A stretch of DNA of 15,718 nucleotides, from positions 1 to 15,718 of the forward strand of contig JADGIF010000182.1 in the NCBI GenBank assembly GCA_018985225.1, read 5' to 3'. Every line of letters begins with the position of its first letter. Position 1 is the first letter of the stretch. The position numbers were made by a program, and so were the translations under genes. Below are positions 1 to 8,148 of this stretch, in pieces. The DNA is from Amoeboradix gromovi X-113 (lineage: Eukaryota; Fungi; Sanchytriomycota). The notes under the pieces were generated by a model. That model had not been told where the DNA came from. It saw only the letters and a list, made by a program, of their open reading frames with translations, and did not search any database.

Positions 1-66
1 CTGTAGCTTCAAGAAAGATATGCTTTGCGTGATTCATCATTTATATTTACTGACTTATATGCTGAC

Positions 67-894
67 CTAATGGCTGCTATGCTGCTTCAGCTCTGGAAAG
101 TCTCCCAATATTCCTCGATTCCATCCAACAAGTTTGGATATATCGGAGATCCAAGAAGTTGTTTGAGGATAGAAGCACTTCATAGGATTTTCGCTAATAT
201 GGATACTTACCACATCCTTTGGTTTTAAATCGATTTCGTTCCCATCGATAGACAGTTTTGCTGGATCCAAGCAATCGATGTCTACCATAACTGGTTCGGA
301 CCTTCTATAAAACGGAACCAAAAGAGGCCTAAAGCTAAGAGCTTGTGGACATATCGGAGTTATAGTCATTGCATTTATAAGTGGATGTACCAAAGGACCT
401 CCGGCGCTCAAATTGTAAGCCGTGGAACCACTAGGGGTAGCGCAGATTAAGCCATCTGCATTCATCTTGCTCAGAACTGACATTCTATTTTTTGTACCAA
501 CCGATATCGACATTCCAAGTAGCTGGGTAGCCATTCTACTAATAACTACATCATTTAATGCTACCCCTACCTTATCATCGTTAACCATGACTTGAAATCG
601 ATGTCTGTTTAAGACATCGAGCTTGTCTAAATTCCGTAATATGATCTGGTAATCTTTAGCATCAAATGGCATCATAAAGTTTAATGTTCCCATTTTAAAT
701 CCTAAAACTAGTGGCGTCCTGTTGGGAAATAACGAGTTTGCTCGTAATAGACTTCCATCTCCCCCAAAAACCATAACAAGGTCGGCATCATCGGGTTTGT
801 TAGTTGCGGTATACTTGCTATTTAGGTTTTTAACTACCTGACTAATAAATCCATCGATTTGTGATGTCGGTTTACCAGTTAGAAAAATTTTCAT
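67..894 (-). CDS. NADK: ATP-NAD(H) kinase, 275 aa, most similar in motif pattern to fungal Pos5-type kinases
   Basis: GGDG motif (VFGGDGSLL), GTLNFMMPFD, ND motif (ALNDVVI), ADGLICATPSGSTAYNLSAGG, TPICPQALSFRPLLVP and SIDG are all NAD kinase signatures. No N-terminal extension. Confidence 0.95.
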   Translation of the reverse strand: MKIFLTGKPTSQIDGFISQVVKNLNSKYTATNKPDDADLVMVFGGDGSLLRANSLFPNRTPLVLGFKMGTLNFMMPFDAKDYQIILRNLDKLDVLNRHRFQVMVNDDKVGVALNDVVISRMATQLLGMSISVGTKNRMSVLSKMNADGLICATPSGSTAYNLSAGGPLVHPLINAMTITPICPQALSFRPLLVPFYRRSEPVMVDIDCLDPAKLSIDGNEIDLKPKDVVSIHISENPMKCFYPQTTSWISDISKLVGWNRGILGDFPELKQHSSH

Positions 895-930
895 GGGGAT
901 CTTACCGAATTTAAATGTTAAGTAAATAAT

Positions 931-1863
931 TTATTGCTGAGCTTGAGATTGTTTTGCTATTGTTGCTAGTGTATACTTGCTGGTATTGGACCTGTTTAAA
1001 TGGTTATTAATCCATTTACCAGTCTCGTATATTTTATCCAAACTTATTCCTGTGGAGCAACCTAAACCATGAAGCATGTAAAGTACATCTTCAGTAGCCA
1101 CATTTCCTGTGGCTCCAGCAGCATATGGGCATCCACCAAGTCCGGCAACGCTGGAGTCCACAACTGATATTCCTAGATCTAAAGCAGCCAAAATGTTAGC
1201 CAATGCCTGACCGTAGGTATCATGACAGTGAATAGCCAGTTTTTTGGAATCTACAACGCTCTTAACAGCTTTAAGCATAAATCTAATTTCACCGGGAGAG
1301 GCTACACCAATGGTATCACCAAGGCTGACCTCATAGCAGCCCATTTCTATTAATTGCTGGGTTACGTTAGCTACAGAACTTGTTTGTATCTTACCCTCGT
1401 ATGGGCATTGTACCACACAGCTAACGTACCCACGAACAGGAATGTTAGCGGCTTTCGCAGCCTGAATGACGGGTTTAAACCGATCTAAGCTGCTAGAAAT
1501 TGTACAGTTTATGTTCTTTAGAGTAAAAGACTCGCTGGCTGCAGTAAATACAGCAATTTCATTAGCTTTATGGGATATAGCTAGTTCACAACCCTTCATA
1601 TTTGGAACAAGAACTGAATAACTGGTTGACTTTTTCCGCTCTATTTTATCCAATACTTGGCCTGTATTCCCCATTTGAGGCAGCTTGGTAAAACTGCCTA
1701 CTTCAATGCTAGAGAGACCGGCTCGGCTTAAACGATTCACTAAATCTACTCTTTGTTCAATTGACATTATTTTGGATTCATTTTGTAAGCCATCTCTAGG
1801 TCCTACTTCTACTATTTTAACAAAAGAAGAAGATTTGCGGATAAATTGTTTAGAAGCAAACAT
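931..1863 (-). CDS. HMGCL: 3-hydroxy-3-methylglutaryl-CoA lyase, probably mitochondrial, 310 aa
   Basis: EVGPRDGLQNE, metal-binding HCHDTYGQA, catalytic GLGGCPYA and GNVATED. The N-terminus (MFASKQFIRKSSSF) is basic, Ser-rich and acid-free, like a mitochondrial presequence. Confidence 0.97.
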   Translation of the reverse strand: MFASKQFIRKSSSFVKIVEVGPRDGLQNESKIMSIEQRVDLVNRLSRAGLSSIEVGSFTKLPQMGNTGQVLDKIERKKSTSYSVLVPNMKGCELAISHKANEIAVFTAASESFTLKNINCTISSSLDRFKPVIQAAKAANIPVRGYVSCVVQCPYEGKIQTSSVANVTQQLIEMGCYEVSLGDTIGVASPGEIRFMLKAVKSVVDSKKLAIHCHDTYGQALANILAALDLGISVVDSSVAGLGGCPYAAGATGNVATEDVLYMLHGLGCSTGISLDKIYETGKWINNHLNRSNTSKYTLATIAKQSQAQQ

Positions 1864-1982
1864 GAGTCCGTCGTTTCAAACTAGAGATCGAACTTGAACT
1901 AAAAGTGCTCAAGGTAACATAATTGCGCCTCAATGTTTATCTCCTGCTAGAAAATATAGCGCATTTTGAAGTTATCACATTA

Positions 1983-2305
1983 CATATGGAACATCAAACA
2001 TAAAACTGGACTAACTTTCTGAAATAGTTTGAATCGTTATTTCAAGTGTGTATTAACCGATAGTAAATTAAATTAAATTAATCTTATTGGTTGCACCTTT
2101 TGCTTAGACACTTAAAGACCTCGTTTACTTGCAAGAGAAAGTGGGTCATCCTGTTATAATTTAAAGAGGGGAATGTCATTAATGAAAGAAAATTGCTTTG
2201 AAAGAAGGACTTTTATCAATAATAGTATTTCCTCTTTATGGAGCACCCACTTTAAAAACGACTTAGTCTAGTTTTTATATTTGGTGTCCCAAAGGTCCCA
2301 ACTGA
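1983..2305. mobile_element. MITE family A, copy 1 (non-autonomous, Tc1/mariner-like TA-flanked ends)
   Basis: Imperfect inverted repeats at about 1988-2016 (GGAACATCAAACATAAAACTGGACTAACT) and 2261-2290 (reverse complement GGGACACCAAATATAAAAACTAGACTAAGT). TA at 1981-1982 and 2306-2307. Homologous in inverted orientation to 13561-13950, with 39/41 identity over the block starting GGGACACC. Confidence 0.8.
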
Positions 2306-3270
2306 TATTTCCTTCTCTCACAATACTCTTGAACTTTTAAGTGCGAATTTTCCAAATTCGCATGTTTAATCTGATTTTTAACTGGCAGAGATACCCAAGT
2401 ATTACAACTAAATCTTTTCATGATCCACATTTGTGGAGCATATGCAGATTTGCTCATCTTCAATCTGACAGCTCATAATCACGAAATGTGCTTTTAGATA
2501 CTCGTATTATGAGGAACTCTTGGCTGTTTATTGATTCTATAGTACGACTTAACTTCTTCCTTTACCTATTTCTTTTCGTTAACAATATAAGATACTTAAA
2601 AAATAAAAATTAAAGTACCTGCAACAATCGTTACCATGGGATTTAATACTAAACATTTAATACTATTTATTGCTCAATTAGAATATTACTGGGAATTGTA
2701 GTCATCTCTACACTAGTATTTATTGAAAATTTCTAAAGCGGTATTTTCCGAAAAGAAAGAACCCACCAGACCATTGCACCTGCAATAAACCACCAAGAAA
2801 AACCAAAGTAGTTTATACAAAAATCTTACCAGACTATCTCAATGGCTGTAAAGCCGTCGCTATGCCTACACAGATCCAAAAATTTAATAATAGCGATGAC
2901 CCAAATCTTCTAGTCATTGAATTTCCGCTAGAAAGCGAATGATAGCAGGACTATTTCGCTTGATTATAGATGATAAAATATGCCTGCCCCCATATCAATA
3001 AAAAGAATTTTGTTTTCAAAATGGAGTGTTTGAAAGATTGGGGCGTGATACGTCAACCTTGTGAAGTATGTACTAAAGTAATGCATCGCAGTCCTAGAAA
3101 TACCAGGTTTACGCTCAGTTACTCAATTAACCACACCAGAATGGTCCCACGTTTTTGCGTGGATCTCATCATTTTGTTCCTTATAGTCACATTTCTCCAA
3201 TATAATCATATGGAACAAGCGTGACCTGGCCGTACTGGATATAAAACTGGTATCTCCCATAAAATTTAAT

Positions 3271-4002
3271 ATGATGCTTCTACTGACAGCTGTAACCTGG
3301 ATACTGTTCTTTACCCATATTCTACTTGTTCCCTTCATATTGAATTGGAACACAATCAGTTTGTACGGGAACTTGGATCATACCATGGCCACTGCAGTGC
3401 TATATGTCCATATTGCTAGAATTATAGTACCTGCAATACTAACTATATTGTGGATATACACACGACACGCCTTTCTGGTTTTTTGTCCATTTGCTGTAGT
3501 TTTTTTTTACTTTTCATTAATTTGCAGTATGGTTCTGCAATGCATGAATGGAAGCGCAGTGAGTTCAATATTCCTAAACATATTCATCGGTGCATGGGTA
3601 TCTTGCAGTGTCTATGGGATCAAGCAATTTATGGATTTTACCACACGGTATAGAACAACTGGTGGAGGTGAGAGAATTAAATTTAGAAACATTTTCAATT
3701 GCTTTGATTTTAGATCTACGACGACATTAGCACCAAAATCTACTGTGGAAACATCGTGGGAAATTAGTCAGTCTTTGGATGCAGCAATTATCTCGGACAT
3801 TAAGCAAGAAATGGGAGAACTAGACCAGTGTGCGATATGTTTAGATGGTTTAAAACAAAATTTAATGTCTACTACCTGCGGCCACGTATTTCACACTGGT
3901 TGCTTATTAAAATGGACTTCAAAGAAAAATGCTGTAGCTTGCCCATTATGCAATGGAGCTTTGAAATCCGGAAAATATAATGAAGCAAAAGTTGAAGAGT
4001 AA
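3271..4002 (+). CDS. Multi-pass membrane protein with C-terminal RING-H2 finger (putative E3 ubiquitin ligase), paralogue 1
   Basis: About four hydrophobic segments in the first 120 aa. C3H2C3 finger CAICLDGLKQNLMSTTCGHVFHTGCLLKWTSKKNAVACPLC with the conserved Trp. Confidence 0.9.
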   Translation: MMLLLTAVTWILFFTHILLVPFILNWNTISLYGNLDHTMATAVLYVHIARIIVPAILTILWIYTRHAFLVFCPFAVVFFYFSLICSMVLQCMNGSAVSSIFLNIFIGAWVSCSVYGIKQFMDFTTRYRTTGGGERIKFRNIFNCFDFRSTTTLAPKSTVETSWEISQSLDAAIISDIKQEMGELDQCAICLDGLKQNLMSTTCGHVFHTGCLLKWTSKKNAVACPLCNGALKSGKYNEAKVEE

Positions 4003-4299
4003 AAAAATAAATTTTGTACTCCTTAACTCATTAAATTTCCTGATTTCGAAAAAAATTCAAGAATTTTCACAGAGAAAGTGACAGTCTATCATCCCGGTTA
4101 CAGCGGCTGCTCGCGCTTGAGTTATCCTGAGGTGCGATTACATAGACATCATGAACTTGCAGTATATGCTCCTTGCTGTCATACAGCTTCTATCTACTTG
4201 TGATTAAATTTGGTTTTGTTTATTCTCAAATTAATTTCTCAAGTATTTCACACCTTGTTCATTGATGTTTGGTATTTAGAGGAGAGTAGATCAAACTTT

Positions 4300-4941
4300 A
4301 TGGAAGTAAAAAAGATTTGGATATTTCTATTCTTTTTCATACAGATATTTAGCATTCCATTTATTATAAATCTATTTAGTGTAAACATGTATGGAACAAT
4401 AAGTCCAGAGTTTTCTGTAGTTTTATTAGTAGTTCATGTATTACGAGGGATAGGTCCAACTGTGTATGTGTTGTTGTGGTTCTTTTTCAACAATGCATTC
4501 CAGATACTTTATAGACCATTGGCATTCACTTACTATGTCTCGCTGATCATAAGCTGTTTTGTGGCCACAAGATATGGAAATGTTCCATTTGCGATTGGAA
4601 CAACTTTCTTCCAATTAATTTGGGTTGTAACCGTGATACCCTTTATTCGTCATTACATCCAAAATTTTGTTAACGAGACAGATGAAAATGAGCCATCCAT
4701 CAATTCAATAAATATGAGAGTGTTAAACGTTAAATTTAACAGCAAGGATTTCTTAATAGACGACAATTGCGCAATATGCCTGGAATATCTAAACGAAAAA
4801 CCACTGATGACGACGTCCTGCAACCATACTTTTCATTCAAAATGTCTATTGAAGTGGACATCGGTGCAACAAGATTTGCCGACATGTCCATTATGCAATC
4901 ACAGTTTAAGATCGGGTGTATGCAATATAGCCATCGCTTGA
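4300..4941 (+). CDS. Multi-pass membrane RING-H2 protein, paralogue 2 (213 aa from ATG 4300)
   Basis: CAICLEYLNEKPLMTTSCNHTFHSKCLLKWTSVQQDLPTCPLC. The N-terminus aligns with paralogue 1 (PFIxN..YG..HxxR). The track start at 4210 is a TTG; the first ATG (MEVKK, 4300) matches the start position of paralogue 1. Confidence 0.88.
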   Translation: MEVKKIWIFLFFFIQIFSIPFIINLFSVNMYGTISPEFSVVLLVVHVLRGIGPTVYVLLWFFFNNAFQILYRPLAFTYYVSLIISCFVATRYGNVPFAIGTTFFQLIWVVTVIPFIRHYIQNFVNETDENEPSINSINMRVLNVKFNSKDFLIDDNCAICLEYLNEKPLMTTSCNHTFHSKCLLKWTSVQQDLPTCPLCNHSLRSGVCNIAIA

Positions 4942-5320
4942 GGACTCGCTATTACAAAAGGTGATCAAATGCTTCGAAAATCAGATGACCTGAGATTAAA
5001 AATAGTAAATTTATTCAATACTATCACCTGCTGCGTAGTCAGTGTGGTGAAATCATACTATAAGTTCACTCTTCATATCCATAAGAGAATAAAAAAAGTA
5101 TTGCGAGATTCACACCAAATGGGTAGAACTGTAAACCAATGTTTTGATTGCCACCTACTTACCGCTGCGCGAAATCATAGCATTCTCTGCGTACCCAATA
5201 CATTGCTCATAAAGAAAGAGAGCTAAAGATTAGCTCTCTGTGTGTCTTTTACAACTATGGAAGACCTAATTGCCAGAGAAGGAATGACAACAAACTGTTT
5301 GCGTAATCAAATGCTGGCTG
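4928..5320 (+). mobile_element. Repeat family B, copy 1: internally deleted, degenerate Tc1/IS630-like DNA transposon
   Basis: 5256-5304 is 49/49 identical to the reverse complement of 15670-15718. One reading frame gives MLRKSDDLRLKIVNLF (like the Tc1 transposase N-terminus SxDLRxKIVxL) and, after a TAA at 5224-5226, LCVSFTTMEDLIAREGMTTNC (like the Tc1 C-terminus LxxSM..VIAxxGxxTKY). Degenerate inverted ends lie next to TA at 4926-4927 and 5321-5322. Confidence 0.6.
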
Positions 5321-5340
5321 TAATGCATGAACTAATAAGT

Positions 5341-5777
5341 TTATTTTTTTAATCCCATGTCAGCTACTAGATCATGTAAAAGTTGCTTTCGCAAGTGGTG
5401 ATATTTTTGAATGTTTCCGTACAACTGTTGGATCTTCAGTACAACTTGTTCATCATGCTCACTTATCTTTGCTAGCAACATGTCCATGTTCTGTTGTACA
5501 TCATGTAGCTCATTCTCATAATCTCTTTTAATCAACTCTACTTGCGACTCTTGCTGTTTTATCATTTGCAACAATGCATTTCTCATAGTAGATTTCTTCT
5601 CGACATTGAATCGCTTTTCCTGTTTGCCTGCCATGTTAAATATCTTTTGCGATAACTCAAAATCCATGGACGATGACATTCTGAAACTCTTGTCGACGTA
5701 TTGGAATTTAAATTCAAAGATACCTACGCAGAAGGATCATAAGGAGTTCGAACATGAGAGGTAGCTGGTCCGGTCAT
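5341..5777 (-). CDS. Small coiled-coil protein, 129 aa, join(5728..5777, 5341..5680); possible SYCP3/Cor1-like meiotic axis protein
   Basis: The open frame 5341-5679 is rich in Q, E, K and L with heptad character. Splicing GTAGGT...TTTCAG (5727-5681) joins it in frame to ATG 5777 and adds MTGPATSHVRTPYDPSA. The product assignment is tentative. Confidence 0.7.
5681..5727 (-). other. 47-nt spliceosomal intron (predicted)
   Basis: Donor GTAGGT, acceptor TTTCAG. Removal gives a stop-free in-frame join to an upstream ATG. Confidence 0.6.
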
Positions 5778-5790
5778 TTAGTTATAGGCA

Positions 5791-7488
5791 TTAGGCATGT
5801 ATGTAATAGTCCTTGCCGTATGAAAAACAAATTTCTACTCCGATTTCAATCTTTTTACTTGCGTATAGCCCTACTACTCTGTCTCCGTTTGCCAGAAATA
5901 CTACTCTTGGTATTGCATTCGCTTTAGATGTTTCACCAGAATCATTTGCAAATCTTGTCTCACAGCCAATCCAATTAGAATCTAACGAATACTTTATTGA
6001 TATATCAAACATGTAGTTAAGTCTAGAAAGCCCATAGATAGGTTCTCGGCGTAAACATTCGTCTTCTGTTATCATTTCACCAGTGTATTGACCAATAAAA
6101 TCAAATTTTTGATATTCTTGAGCTGCAAAAAGTCCGTAGTTATGAATCAAAGACTTTTTCACTTCTAATCTGGTTTTTATATTCCTCGATAAGTTCAGGT
6201 TCCTGCAAAATACGCTGCCAAACATCACATAGTTTGTATCACAACATTTACAGACTGATGGGTTACATTCCCTATGATTTTTTGCGCAACTGCAAGTCCC
6301 ACTGTTTCCAATATCCAAGCTGCAATTATCTATGCAGTTGCATCCAGTAAATTGCTTTTGCTCAAGCCCAATGCATGGGTTCTCGCAGAATAAATTCGGG
6401 TGCTCGTTCTCTCCAAAAACGCATGGCTTATATAAATCAGAAAGTTTGTAGTTTATAACAGCAACGCTTTTCGTTATTTCTGCTTGCTCGGTATGCTTAA
6501 CATGAGGATTAATTGAATAAATTGTTTTGCACTTTGTTTCGACTATTCTAGCTACTAGACAAGGGCTATTCGTTTTAGTCACCATTTCTTTAATTTCTTC
6601 AATCCCAAAGTCCGACAAAGCCGAGCAGTCGAACTCAACGTCTTCGTCATCATCTGAATCATTCATGTAGCAAGAGTGACTGCATGGCTTAATAGGCGGC
6701 ATTGCGGTGTATTTAGACGTTCTTGGCGCACAATTAGACAATATATGAGTGCAAAAAGACTTAAAGCAAATGCAGCAAATTGGGTCACCGACATTTATGA
6801 ACTTCTTAGCCTTCTTGGAGTGTAATTTGGCGTAGTATTCAAGAGATTTATATGTAAACAGGCTAGATGAAAAATCGGTACACCCTCCTATTTTCTCAAT
6901 CTTCAGTCTGATTTCTTTTTGTGTTGCATTCAAACTATCGTGGTTTGCGGATAGAATATTGGCATTTTCATGAATATCTTCGAGAAACTTAAGAATGCCT
7001 TCGAAATAGGCAGATCTTATCAGATCAAAGCGAGGGTCACTATCTATAAACAACTGAAGAAACTTATTTTGGATTTCCTCATTTCTTTTAATTATAACTT
7101 GTTCATCATTTCCATCATGTTCAAATTCAGGATCGCATAACATCACAGGCTGATTTCTTGAATGTACGGACTCGTATGAGCTTAAAAAGAAGTCGCTGTT
7201 TAGAGTGGGATCCACAGAAAATACAAACTCCCTTTCTAGCTCTAATGGTGTGTATGAATGAAGCTCAAAATTCAATTTGCTGCGAACATTTGCAACAGTG
7301 CCGGATAACAATTTGTATTTGGCTCTCTTGTTCGACACTTCGAGTTTTAAAGCCTTGATACGCAATTTCGCATTAAAAACAATGTCAGTTAGCTTGACAT
7401 CATATAAAAACCAACTAGGCGCTTTGGCTATCTCCTTGGAAATATGTTTATTTAAAAGTGCGCCAGATGAAGATGACTCCAATGACAT
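5791..7488 (-). CDS. EZH2: Enhancer of zeste (E(z)/EZH/KMT6)-type histone H3K27 methyltransferase, catalytic subunit of PRC2, 565 aa
   Basis: Domain order is typical of E(z): MCSS-like CCICFKSFCTH...KPCSHSCY, SANT2-like SPCLVARIVETKCKTIY, CXC (FTGCNC...CSCAKNHRECNPSVCKCC...CRN), then SET (YGLFA, FIGQYTGEMI, YMFDI, RFANDS, NGDRVVGLYA, EICFSY). There are no post-SET cysteines. Confidence 0.9.
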   Translation of the reverse strand: MSLESSSSGALLNKHISKEIAKAPSWFLYDVKLTDIVFNAKLRIKALKLEVSNKRAKYKLLSGTVANVRSKLNFELHSYTPLELEREFVFSVDPTLNSDFFLSSYESVHSRNQPVMLCDPEFEHDGNDEQVIIKRNEEIQNKFLQLFIDSDPRFDLIRSAYFEGILKFLEDIHENANILSANHDSLNATQKEIRLKIEKIGGCTDFSSSLFTYKSLEYYAKLHSKKAKKFINVGDPICCICFKSFCTHILSNCAPRTSKYTAMPPIKPCSHSCYMNDSDDDEDVEFDCSALSDFGIEEIKEMVTKTNSPCLVARIVETKCKTIYSINPHVKHTEQAEITKSVAVINYKLSDLYKPCVFGENEHPNLFCENPCIGLEQKQFTGCNCIDNCSLDIGNSGTCSCAKNHRECNPSVCKCCDTNYVMFGSVFCRNLNLSRNIKTRLEVKKSLIHNYGLFAAQEYQKFDFIGQYTGEMITEDECLRREPIYGLSRLNYMFDISIKYSLDSNWIGCETRFANDSGETSKANAIPRVVFLANGDRVVGLYASKKIEIGVEICFSYGKDYYIHA

Positions 7489-7639
7489 GCGGGGAATTAT
7501 TGGTAAAAAGAAAAAAAACTATTGAAAAGGCATTGCAAAACTCCAGTCCAAATCTGTGAGACCATTCCAATCACCTATTATGTTACATGGCTTATCTTCG
7601 ATCTGAATTGAATCTTACTTAATTTTCCTTACAACTTCC

Positions 7640-8104
7640 ATGATCCAAGGCGCCACGCAATTGACAATGGCGCTATTCTTTATCTACGCTGCAGTCGTAC
7701 AGCTAAATGATCCGGATTACGAAATATATCTGGCCATGTATTTATTGTCGGCAGTGCTAGCAATTGGGTCCACATTCGATGTTGAATCAAAATTAGCAGG
7801 ATTTTCCCTTTATAGCATTTCATGCTTCATGCTAATCCATTCATTTGCTAAGTCCAGTGAGGCGAGCTGGTACAATTTCTCAACAGAAACCGGAAGAGAA
7901 CAAGGTGGATTAACGATTATCACGCTCTGGAATTTGGGACATTTTTTGGGAGTTTCTGGATATTTATCAATGATTTTGGGACCTGCTGCAATTACAGCTT
8001 CTGTATTGGTCCCAGTCTATCTTAACTTTGATTTGGATACCGCTGATAATCCAGAACATTGCGGAGGGATTGGAGTGTCTCCAAATACTTTTGTCTTCAA
8101 ATAA
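7640..8104 (+). CDS. TMEM220: TMEM220-family membrane protein, 154 aa
   Basis: Family motifs FxxAAxVQxNDPD, ETGREQGGL and C-terminal HC, with several hydrophobic helices. Confidence 0.85.
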   Translation: MIQGATQLTMALFFIYAAVVQLNDPDYEIYLAMYLLSAVLAIGSTFDVESKLAGFSLYSISCFMLIHSFAKSSEASWYNFSTETGREQGGLTIITLWNLGHFLGVSGYLSMILGPAAITASVLVPVYLNFDLDTADNPEHCGGIGVSPNTFVFK

Positions 8105-8143
8105 ACTTACCTTTGATATCAAGAGTGACAAAATCTGTTCAAC

Positions 8144-8148
8144 AAAAA
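8144..8148 (-). terminator. RNA polymerase III terminator (T5) of the tRNA gene
   Basis: TTTTT on the minus strand immediately after the tRNA discriminator base. Confidence 0.75.

Noticed and set aside
477-497. In-frame 21-nt GT-AG segment in NAD kinase as a hidden intron
   Set aside because: It has no stop codon and a weak acceptor, and removal makes the loop shorter than in homologues.
4069-4140. GC-richer patch starting ACAGAGA, considered as U6 snRNA or RNase P/MRP RNA
   Set aside because: The U6 continuation (AGAUUAGC and the internal stem-loop) and the P4 helix partners are absent.
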